Source: the human T2T-CHM13v2.0 reference genome, Homo sapiens
Length of the DNA: 64,000 nucleotides
Direction: 5' to 3' (one strand)
Assembly (NCBI RefSeq): GCF_009914755.1
Contig: NC_060931.1
Shown here: positions 25,731-37,700 of the stretch, piece after piece
Layout of the letters: each line of letters begins with the position of its first letter
Numbering within the stretch: position 1 is the stretch's first letter
Translations under genes and position numbers: made by a program
Notes under the pieces: model-generated
The model's database searches: none
What the model was told of the DNA's origin: nothing
The model's input: the letters and a program-made list of their open reading frames with translations, nothing else

Positions 25731-28700
25731 GGATATATGGACCTGTTTGAGGCCTTCGTTGGAAACGGGATTTCTTCATTGAATGCTAGACGGAAGAATT
25801 CTCAGTAAATTCTTTGTGTTGTGTGCATTCAACTCACAGAGTGGAACGTCCCTTTAGACAGAGCAGATTTGAAACACTCTTTTTGCGGAATTTGCAAGTG
25901 GAGATTTCTAGCCATTTGATGCCAACAGTAGAAAGGGAAATATCTTCAAATAAAAACCAGACAGAATCATTCTCAGAAAATTCTTTGTGATGTGTGCGTT
26001 CAACTCACATAGTTTAACCTTTCTTTTCATAGAGCAGTTTGGAAACACTCTGTTTGTAAAGTCTGCAAGTGGATATATGGACCGCATTGAGGCCTTCGTT
26101 GGAAACGGGATTTCTTCATTTCATGCTAGACAGAAGAATTCTCAGTAACTTCTTTGTGCTGTGTGTATTCAACTCACAGAGTGGAACGTCCCTTTACACA
26201 GAGCAGATTTGAAACACTCTTTTTTTGGAGTTTGCAAGTGGAGATTTCAAGCGATTTGATGCCAACAGTAGAAAAGGAAATATCTTCAAATAAAAACTAG
26301 ACAGAATCATTCTCAGAAACTACTTTGTGATGTGTGCCTTCAACTCACAGAGTTTAACCTTTCTTTTCTTAGAGCAGTTTAGAAACACTCTGCTTGTTAT
26401 GTCTGCAAGTGGATATTTGGACCTCTTTGAGGCCTTCGTTGCAAACGGGGTTTCTTCCTTTCATGCTAGACTAAGAAGAGTTCTCAGTAACTTTTTTGTG
26501 TTGTGTGTATTCAACTCACAGAGTTGAACCTTGCTTTAGAGAGAGCAGATTTGAAACACTCTTGCTGTGGCATTTTCAGGTGGAGATTTCAAGCGATTTG
26601 AGGACAATTGCAGAAAAGGAAATATCTTCGTATAATAACCAGACAGAATCATTCTCAGAAAGTGCTTTGTGATGTGTGCGTTCAACTCACAGAGTTTAAC
26701 CTTTCTTTTCATAGAGGAGTTTGGAAACACACTGTTTGTAAAGTCTGCAAGTGGATATATGGACCTGTTTGAGGCCTTCGTTGGAAACGGGATTTCTTCA
26801 TTGAATGCTAGACGGAAGAATTCTCAGTAAATTCTTTGTGTTGTGTGCATTCAACTCACAGAGTGGAACGTCCCTTTAGACAGAGCAGATTTGAAACACT
26901 CTTTTTGCGGAATTTGCAAGTGGAGATTTCTAGCCATTTGATGCCAACAGTAGAAAGGGAAATATCTTCAAATAAAAACCAGACAGAATCATTCTCAGAA
27001 AATTCTTTGTGATGTGTGCGTTCAACTCACATAGTTTAACCTTTCTTTTCATAGAGCAGTTTGGAAACACTCTGTTTGTAAAGTCTGCAAGTGGATATAT
27101 GGACCGCATTGAGGCCTTCGTTGGAAACGGGATTTCTTCATTTCATGCTAGACAGAAGAATTCTCAGTAACTTCTTTGTGCTGTGTGTATTCAACTCACA
27201 GAGTGGAACGTCCCTTTACACAGAGCAGATTTGAAACACTATTTTTGTGGAGTTTGCAAGTGGAGATTTCAAGCGATTTGATGCCAACAGTAGAAAAGGA
27301 AATATCTTCAAATAAAAACTAGACAGAATCATTCTCAGAAACTACTTTGTGATGTGTGCCTTCAACTCACAGAGTTTAACCTTTCTTTTCTTAGAGCAGT
27401 TTAGAAACACTCTGCTTGTTATGTCTGCAAGTGGATATTTGGACCTCTTTGAGGCCTTCGTTGCAAACGGGGTTTCTTCCTTTCATGCTAGACTAAGAAG
27501 AGTTCTCAGTAACTTTTTTGTGTTGTGTGTATTCAACTCACAGAGTTGAACCTTGCTTTAGAGAGAGCAGATTTGAAACACTCTTGCTGTGGCATTTTCA
27601 GGTGGAGATTTCAAGCGATTTGAGGACAATTGCAGAAAAGGAAATATCTTCGTATAATAACCAGACAGAATCATTCTCAGAAAGTGCTTTGTGATGTGTG
27701 CGTTCAACTCACAGAGTTTAACCTTTCTTTTCATAGAGGAGTTTGGAAACACACTGTTTGTAAGGACTGCAAGTGGATATATGGACCTGTTTGAGGCCTT
27801 CGTTGGAAACGGGATTTCTTCATTGAATGCTAGACGGAAGAATTCTCAGGAAATTCTTTGTGTTGTGTGCATTCAACTCACAGAGTGGAACGTCCCTTTA
27901 GACAGAGCAGATTTGAAACACTCTTTTTGTGGAATTTGCAAGTGGAGATTTCTAGCCATTTGATGCCAACAGTAGAAAGGGAAATATCTTCAAATAAAAA
28001 CCAGACAGAATCATTCTCAGAAAATTCTTTGTGATGTGTGCGTTCAACTCACATAGTTTAACCTTTCTTTTCATAGAGCAGTTTGGAAACACTCTGTTTG
28101 TAAAGTCTGCAAGTGGATATATGGACCGCATTGAGGCCTTCGTTGGAAACGGGATTTCTTCATTTCATGCTAGACAGAAGAATTCTCAGTAACTTCTTTG
28201 TGCTGTGTGTATTCAACTCACAGAGTGGAACGTCCGTTTGCACAGAGCAGATTTGAAACACTCTTTTTGTTGAGTTTGCAAGTGGAGATTTCAAGCGATT
28301 TGATGCCAACAGTAGAAAAGGAAATATCTTCAAATAAAAACTAGACAGAATCATTCTCAGAAACTACTTTGTGATGTGTGCCTTCAACTCACAGAGTTCA
28401 ACCTTTCTTTTCTTAGAGCAGTTTAGAAACACTCTGCTTGTTATGTCTGCAAGTGGATATTTGGACCTCTTTGAGGCCTTCGTTGCAAACGGGGTTTCTT
28501 CCTTTCATGCTAGACTAAGAAGAGTTCTCAGTAACTTTTTTGTGTTGTGTGTATTCAACTCACAGAGTTGAACCTTGCTTTAGAGAGAGAAGATTTGAAA
28601 CACTCTTGCTGTGGCATTTTCAGGTGGAGATTTCAAGCGATTTGAGGACAATTGCAGAAAAGGAAATATCTTCGTATAATAACCAGACAGAATCATTCTC

Positions 28701-31700
28701 AGAAAGTGCTTTGTGATGTGTGCGTTCAACTCACAGAGTTTAACCTTTCTTTTCATAGAGGAGTTTGGAAACACACTGTTTGTAAAGTCTGCAAGTGGAT
28801 ACATGGACCTGTTTGAGGCCTTCGTTGGAAACGGGATTTCTTCATTGAATGCTAGACGGAAGAATTCTCAGTAAATTCTTTGTGTTGTGTGCATTCAACT
28901 CACAGAGTGGAACGTCCCTTTAGACAGAGCAGATTTGAAACACTCTTTTTGCGGAATTTGCAAGTGGAGATTTCTAGCCATTTGATGCCAACAGTAGAAA
29001 GGGAAATATCTTCAAATAAAAACCAGACAGAATCATTCTCAGAAAATTCTTTGTGATGTGTGCGTTCAACTCACATAGTTTAACCTTTCTTTTCATAGAG
29101 CAGTTTGGAAACACTCTGTTTGTAAAGTCTGCAAGTGGATATATGGACCGCATTGAGGCCTTCGTTGGAAACGGGATTTCTTCATTTCATGCTAGACAGA
29201 AGAATTCTCAGTAACTTCTTTGTGCTGTGTGTATTCAACTCACAGAGTGGAACGTCCCTTTGCACAGAGCAGATTTGAAACACTCTTTTTGTGGAGTTTG
29301 CAAGTGGAGATTTCAAGCGATTTGATGCCAACAGTAGAAAAGGAAATATCTTCAAATAAAAACTAGACAGAATCATTCTCAGAAACTACTTTGTGATGTG
29401 TGCCTTCAACTCACAGAGTTTAACCTTTCTTTTCTTAGAGCAGTTTAGAAACACTCTGCTTGTTATGTCTGCAAGTGGATATTTGGACCTCTTTGAGGCC
29501 TTCGTTGCAAACGGGGTTTCTTCGTTTCACGCTAGACTAAGAAGAGTTCTCAGTAACTTTTTTGTGTTGTGTGTATTCAACTCACAGAGTTGAACCTTGC
29601 TTTAGAGAGAGCAGATTTGAAACACTCTTGCTGTGGCATTTTCAGGTGGAGATTTCAAGCGATTTGAGGACAATTGCAGAAAAGGAAATATCTTCGTATA
29701 ATAACCAGACAGAATCATTCTCAGAAAGTGCTTTGTGATGTGTGCGTTCAACTCACAGAGTTTAACCTTTCTTTTCATAGAGGAGTTTGGAAACACACTG
29801 TTTGTAAAGTCTGCAAGTGGATACATGGACCTGTTTGAGGCCTTCGTTGGAAACGGGATTTCTTCATTGAATGCTAGACGGAAGAATTCTCAGTAAATTC
29901 TTTGTGTTGTGTGCATTCAACTCACAGAGTGGAACGTCCCTTTAGACAGAGCAGATTTGAAACACTCTTTTTGCGGAATTTGCAAGTGGAGATTTCTAGC
30001 CATTTGATGCCAACAGTAGAAAGGGAAATATCTTCAAATAAAAACCAGACAGAATCATTCTCAGCAAATTCTTTGTGATGTGTGCGTTCAACTCACATAG
30101 TTTAACCTTTCTTTTCATAGAGCAGTTTGGAAACACTCTGTTTGTAAAGTCTGCAAGTGGATATATGGACCGCATTGAGGCCTTCGTTGGAAACGGGATT
30201 TCTTCATTTCATGCTAGACAGAAGAATTCTCAGTAACTTCTTTGTGCTGTGTGTATTCAACTCACAGAGTGGAACGTCCCTTTGCACAGAGCAGATTTGA
30301 AACACTCTTTTTGTGGAGTTTGCAAGTGGAGATTTCAAGCGATTTGATGCCAACAGTAGAAAAGGAAATATCTTCAAATAAAAACTAGACAGAATCATTC
30401 TCAGAAACTACTTTGTGATGTGTGCCTTCAACTCACAGAGTTTAACCTTTCTTTTCTTAGAGCAGTTTAGAAACACTCTGCTTGTTATGTCTGCAAGTGG
30501 ATATTTAGACCTCTTTGAGGCCTTCGTTGCAAACGGGGTTTCTTCCTTTCATGCTAGACTAAGAAGAGTTCTCAGTAACTTTTTTGTGTTGTGTGTATTC
30601 AACTCACAGAGTTGAACCTTGCTTTAGAGAGAGCAGATTTGAAACACTCTTGCTGTGGCATTTTCAGGTGGAGATTTCAAGCGATTTGAGGACAATTGCA
30701 GAAAAGGAAATATCTTCGTATAATAACCAGACAGAATCATTCTCAGAAAGTGCTTTGTGATGTGTGCGTTCAACTCACAGAGTTTAACCTTTCTTTTCAT
30801 AGAGGAGTTTGGAAACACACTGTTTGTAAAGTCTGCAAGTGGATACATGGACCTGTTTGAGGCCTTCGTTGGAAACGGGATTTCTTCATTGAATGCTAGA
30901 CGGAAGAATTCTCAGTAAATTCTTTGTGTTGTGTGCATTCAACTCACAGAGTGGAACGTCCCTTTAGACAGAGCAGATTTGAAACACTCTTTTTGCGGAA
31001 TTTGCAAGTGGAGATTTCTAGCCATTTGATGCCAACAGTAGAAAGGGAAATATCTTCAAATAAAAACCAGACAGAATCATTCTCAGAAAATTCTTTGTGA
31101 TGTGTGCGTTCAACTCACATAGTTTAACCTTTCTTTTCATAGAGCAGTTTGGAAACACTCTGTTTGTAAAGTCTGCAAGTGGATATATGGACCGCATTGA
31201 GGCCTTCGTTGGAAACGGGATTTCTTCATTTCATGCTAGACAGAAGAATTCTCAGTAACTTCTTTGTGCTGTGTGTATTCAACTCACAGAGTGGAACGTC
31301 CCTTTGCACAGAGCAGATTTGAAACACTCTTTTTGTGGAGTTTGCAAGTGGAGATTTCAAGCGATTTGATGCCAACAGTAGAAAAGGAAATATCTTCAAA
31401 TAAAAACTAGACAGAATCATTCTCAGAAACTACTTTGTGATGTGTGCCTTCAACTCACAGAGTTTACCCTTTCTTTTCTTAGAGCAGTTTAGAAACACTC
31501 TGCTTGTTACGTCTGCAAGTGGATATTTGGACCTCTTTGAGGCCTTCGTTGCAAACGGGGTTTCTTCCTTTCATGCTAGACTAAGAAGAGTTCTCAGTAA
31601 CTTTTTTGTGTTGTGTGTATTCAACTCACAGAGTTGAACCTTGCTTTAGAGAGAGCAGATTTGAAACACTCTTGCTGTGGCATTTTCAGGTGGAGATTTC

Positions 31701-34700
31701 AAGCGATTTGAGGACAATTGCAGAAAAGGAAATATCTTCGTATAATAACCAGACAGAATCATTCTCAGAAAGTGCTTTGTGATGTGTGCGTTCAACTCAC
31801 AGAGTTTAACCTTTCTTTTCATAGAGGAGTTTGGAAACACACTGTTTGTAAAGTCTGCAAGTGGATATATGGACCTGTTTGAGGCCTTCGTTGGAAACGG
31901 GATTTCTTCATTGAATGCTAGACGGAAGAATTCTCAGTAAATTCTTTGTGTTGTGTGCATTCAACTCACAGAGTGGAACGTCCCTTTAGACAGAGCAGAT
32001 TTGAAACACTCTTTTTGCGGAATTTGCAAGTGGAGATTTCTAGCCATTTGATGCCAACAGTAGAAAGGGAAATATCTTCAAATAAAAACCAGACAGAATC
32101 ATTCTCAGAAAATTCTTTGTGATGTGTGCGTTCAACTCACATAGTTTAACCTTTCTTTTCATAGAGCAGTTTGGAAACACTCTGTTTGTAAAGTCTGCAA
32201 GTGGATATATGGACCGCATTGAGGCCTTCGTTGGAAACGGGATTTCTTCATTTCATGCTAGACAGAAGAATTCTCAGTAACTTCTTTGTGCTGTGTGTAT
32301 TCAACTCACAGAGTGGAACGTCCCTTTGCACAGAGCAGATTTGAAACACTCTTTTTGTGGAGTTTGCAAGTGGAGATTTCAAGCGATTTGATGCCAACAG
32401 TAGAAAAGGAAATATCTTCAAATAAAAACTAGACAGAATCATTCTCAGAAACTACTTTGTGATGTGTGCCTTCAACTCACAGAGTTTAACCTTTCTTTTC
32501 TTAGAGCAGTTTAGAAACACTCTGCTTGTTACGTCTGCAAGTGGATATTTGGACCTCTTTGAGGCCTTCGTTGCAAACGGGGTTTCTTCCTTTCATGCTA
32601 GACTAAGAAGAGTTCTCAGTAACTTTTTTGTGTTGTGTGTATTCAACTCACAGAGTTGAACCTTGCTTTAGAGAGAGCAGATTTGAAACACTCTTGCTGT
32701 GGCATTTTCAGGTGGAGATTTCAAGCGATTTGAGGACAATTGCAGAAAAGGAAATATCTTCGTATAATAACCAGACAGAATCATTCTCAGAAAGTGCTTT
32801 GTGATGTGTGCGTTCAACTCACAGAGTTTAACCTTTCTTTTCATAGAGGAGTTTGGAAACACACTGTTTGTAAAGTCTGCAAGTGGATACATGGACCTGT
32901 TTGAGGCCTTCGTTGGAAACGGGATTTCTTCATTGAATGCTAGACGGAAGAATTCTCAGTAAATTCTTTGTGTTGTGTGCATTCAACTCACAGAGTGGAA
33001 CGTCCCTTTAGACAGAGCAGATTTGAAACACTCTTTTTGCGGAATTTGCAAGTGGAGATTTCTAGCCATTTGATGCCAACAGTAGAAAGGGAAATATCTT
33101 CAAATAAAAACCAGACAGAATCATTCTCAGAAAATTCTTTGTGATGTGTGCGTTCAACTCACATAGTTTAACCTTTCTTTTCATAGAGCAGTTTGGAAAC
33201 ACTCTGTTTGTAAAGTCTGCAAGTGGATATATGGACCGCATTGAGGCCTTCGTTGGAAACGGGATTTCTTCATTTCATGCTAGACAGAAGAATTCTCAGT
33301 AACTTCTTTGTGCTGTGTGTATTCAACTCACAGAGTGGAACGTCCCTTTGCACAGAGCAGATTTGAAACACTCTTTTTGTGGAGTTTGCAAGTGGAGATT
33401 TCAAGCGATTTGATGCCAACAGTAGAAAAGGAAATATCTTCAAATAAAAACTAGACAGAATCATTCTCAGAAACTACTTTGTGATGTGTGCCTTCAACTC
33501 ACAGAGTTTAACCTTTCTTTTCTTAGAGCAGTTTAGAAACACTCTGCTTGTTACGTCTGCAAGTGGATATTTGGACCTCTTTGAGGCCTTCGTTGCAAAC
33601 GGGGTTTCTTCCTTTCATGCTAGACTAAGAAGAGTTCTCAGTAACTTTTTTGTGTTGTGTGTATTCAACTCACAGAGTTGAACCTTGCTTTAGAGAGAGC
33701 AGATTTGAAACACTCTTGCTGTGGCATTTTCAGGTGGAGATTTCAAGCGATTTGAGGACAATTGCAGAAAAGGAAATATCTTCGTATAATAACCAGACAG
33801 AATCATTCTCAGAAAGTGCTTTGTGATGTGTGCGTTCAACTCACAGAGTTTAACCTTTCTTTTCATAGAGGAGTTTGGAAACACACTGTTTGTAAAGTCT
33901 GCAAGTGGATACATGGACCTGTTTGAGGCCTTCGTTGGAAACGGGATTTCTTCATTGAATGCTAGACGGAAGAATTCTCAGTAAATTCTTTGGGTTGTGT
34001 GCATTCAACTCACAGAGTGGAACGTCCCTTTAGACAGAGCAGATTTGAAACACTCTTTTTGCGGAATTTGCAAGTGGAGATTTCTAGCCATTTGATGCCA
34101 ACAGTAGAAAGGGAAATATCTTCAAATAAAAACCAGACAGAATCATTCTCAGAAAATTCTTTGTGATGTGTGCGTTCAACTCACATAGTTTAACCTTTCT
34201 TTTCATAGAGCAGTTTGGAAACACTCTGTTTGTAAAGTCTGCAAGTGGATATATGGACCGCATTGAGGCCTTCGTTGGAAACGGGATTTCTTCATTTCAT
34301 GCTAGACAGAAGAATTCTCAGTAACTTCTTTGTGCTGTGTGTATTCAACTCACAGAGTGGAACGTCCCTTTGCACAGAGCAGATTTGAAACACTCTTTTT
34401 GTGGAGTTTGCAAGTGGAGATTTCAAGCGATTTGATGCCAACAGTAGAAAAGGAAATATCTTCAAATAAAAACTAGACAGAATCATTCTCAGAAACTACT
34501 TTGTGATGTGTGCCTTCAACTCACAGAGTTTAACCTTTCTTTTCTTAGAGCAGTTTAGAAACACTCTGCTTGTTACGTCTGCAAGTGGATATTTGGACCT
34601 CTTTGAGGCCTTCGTTGCAAACGGGGTTTCTTCCTTTCATGCTAGACTAAGAAGAGTTCTCAGTAACTTTTTTGTGTTGTGTGTATTCAACTCACAGAGT

Positions 34701-37700
34701 TGAACCTTGCTTTAGAGAGAGCAGATTTGAAACACTCTTGCTGTGGCATTTTCAGGTGGAGATTTCAAGCGATTTGAGGACAATTGCAGAAAAGGAAATA
34801 TCTTCGTATAATAACCAGACAGAATCATTCTCAGAAAGTGCTTTGTGATGTGTGCGTTCAACTCACAGAGTTTAACCTTTCTTTTCATAGAGGAGTTTGG
34901 AAACACACTGTTTGTAAAGTCTGCAAGTGGATACATGGACCTGTTTGAGGCCTTCGTTGGAAACGGGATTTCTTCATTGAATGCTAGACGGAAGAATTCT
35001 CAGTAAATTCTTTGTGTTGTGTGCATTCAACTCACAGAGTGGAACGTCCCTTTAGACAGAGCAGATTTGAAACACTCTTTTTGCGGAATTTGCAAGTGGA
35101 GATTTCTAGCCATTTGATGCCAACAGTAGAAAGGGAAATATCTTCAAATAAAAACCAGACAGAATCATTCTCAGAAAATTCTTTGTGATGTGTGCGTTCA
35201 ACTCACATAGTTTAACCTTTCTTTTCATAGAGCAGTTTGGAAACACTCTGTTTGTAAAGTCTGCAAGTGGATATATGGACCGCATTGAGGCCTTCGTTGG
35301 AAACGGGATTTCTTCATTTCATGCTAGACAGAAGAATTCTCAGTAACTTCTTTGTGCTGTGTGTATTCAACTCACAGAGTGGAACGTCCCTTTGCACAGA
35401 GCAGATTTGAAACACTCTTTTTGTGGAGTTTGCAAGTGGAGATTTCAAGCGATTTGATGCCAACAGTAGAAAAGGAAATATCTTCAAATAAAAACTAGAC
35501 AGAATCATTCTCAGAAACTACTTTGTGATGTGTGCCTTCAACTCACAGAGTTTAACCTTTCTTTTCTTAGAGCAGTTTAGAAACACTCTGCTTGTTACGT
35601 CTGCAAGTGGATATTTGGACCTCTTTGAGGCCTTCGTTGCAAACGGGGTTTCTTCCTTTCATGCTAGACTAAGAAGAGTTCTCAGTAACTTTTTTGTGTT
35701 GTGTGTATTCAACTCACAGAGTTGAACCTTGCTTTAGAGAGAGCAGATTTGAAACACTCTTGCTGTGGCATTTTCAGGTGGAGATTTCAAGCGATTTGAG
35801 GACAATTGCAGAAAAGGAAATATCTTCGTATAATAACCAGACAGAATCATTCTCAGAAAGTGCTTTGTGATGTGTGCGTTCAACTCACAGAGTTTAACCT
35901 TTCTTTTCATAGAGGAGTTTGGAAACACACTGTTTGTAAAGTCTGCAAGTGGATACATGGACCTGTTTGAGGCCTTCGTTGGAAACGGGATTTCTTCATT
36001 GAATGCTAGACGGAAGAATTCTCAGTAAATTCTTTGGGTTGTGTGCATTCAACTCACAGAGTGGAACGTCCCTTTAGACAGAGCAGATTTGAAACACTCT
36101 TTTTGCGGAATTTGCAAGTGGAGATTTCTAGCCATTTGATGCCAACAGTAGAAAGGGAAATATCTTCAAATAAAAACCAGACAGAATCATTCTCAGAAAA
36201 TTCTTTGTGATGTGTGCGTTCAACTCACATAGTTTAACCTTTCTTTTCATAGAGCAGTTTGGAAACACTCTGTTTGTAAAGTCTGCAAGTGGATATATGG
36301 AACTCTTTGAGGCCTTCGTTGGAAACGGGATTTCTTCATTTCATGCTAGACAGAAGAATTCTCAGTAACTTCTTTGTGCTGTGTGTATTCAACTCACAGA
36401 GTGGAACGTCCCTTTGCACAGAGCAGATTTGAAACACTCTTTTTGTGGAGTTTGCAAGTGGAGATTTCAAGCGATTTGATGCCAACAGTAGAAAAGGAAA
36501 TATCTTCAAATAAAAACTAGACAGAATCATTCTCAGAAACTACTTTGTGATGTGTGCCTTCAACTCACAGAGTTTAACCTTTCTTTTCTTAGAGCAGTTT
36601 AGAAACACTCTGCTTGTTACGTCTGCAAGTGGATATTTGGACCTCTTTGAGGCCTTCGTTGCAAACGGGGTTTCTTCCTTTCATGCTAGACTAAGAAGAG
36701 TTCTCAGTAACTTTTTTGTGTTGTGTGTATTCAACTCACAGAGTTGAACCTTGCTTTAGAGAGAGCAGATTTGAAACACTCTTGCTGTGGCATTTTCAGG
36801 TGGAGATTTCAAGCGATTTGAGGACAATTGCAGAAAAGGAAATATCTTCGTATAATAACCAGACAGAATCATTCTCAGAAAGTGCTTTGTGATGTGTGCG
36901 TTCAACTCACAGAGTTTAACCTTTCTTTTCATAGAGGAGTTTGGAAACACACTGTTTGTAAAGTCTGCAAGTGGATACATGGACCTGTTTGAGGCCTTCG
37001 TTGGAAACGGGATTTCTTCATTGAATGCTAGACGGAAGAATTCTCAGTAAATTCTTTGTGTTGTGTGCATTCAACTCACAGAGTGGAACGTCCCTTTAGA
37101 CAGAGCAGATTTGAAACACTCTTTTTGCGGAATTTGCAAGTGGAGATTTCTAGCCATTTGATGCCAACAGTAGAAAGGGAAATATCTTCAAATAAAAACC
37201 AGACAGAATCATTCTCAGAAAATTCTTTGTGATGTGTGCGTTCAACTCACATAGTTTAACCTTTCTTTTCATAGAGCAGTTTGGAAACACTCTGTTTGTA
37301 AAGTCTGCAAGTGGATATATGGACCGCATTGAGGCCTTCGTTGGAAACGGGATTTCTTCATTTCATGCTAGACAGAAGAATTCTCAGTAACTTCTTTGTG
37401 CTGTGTGTATTCAACTCACAGAGTGGAACGTCCCTTTGCACAGAGCAGATTTGAAACACTCTTTTTGTGGAGTTTGCAAGTGGAGATTTCAAGCGATTTG
37501 ATGCCAACAGTAGAAAAGGAAATATCTTCAAATAAAAACTAGACAGAATCATTCTCAGAAACTACTTTGTGATGTGTGCCTTCAACTCACAGAGTTTAAC
37601 CTTTCTTTTCTTAGAGCAGTTTAGAAACACTCTGCTTGTTACGTCTGCAAGTGGATATTTGGACCTCTTTGAGGCCTTCGTTGCAAACGGGGTTTCTTCC

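Noticed and set aside
27691-27963. Longer 90-aa ORF (and the 99-aa ORF at 59165-59464)
   Set aside because: These arise from chance loss of stop codons through point variants (27764 and 27850; 59240) within ordinary HOR copies.
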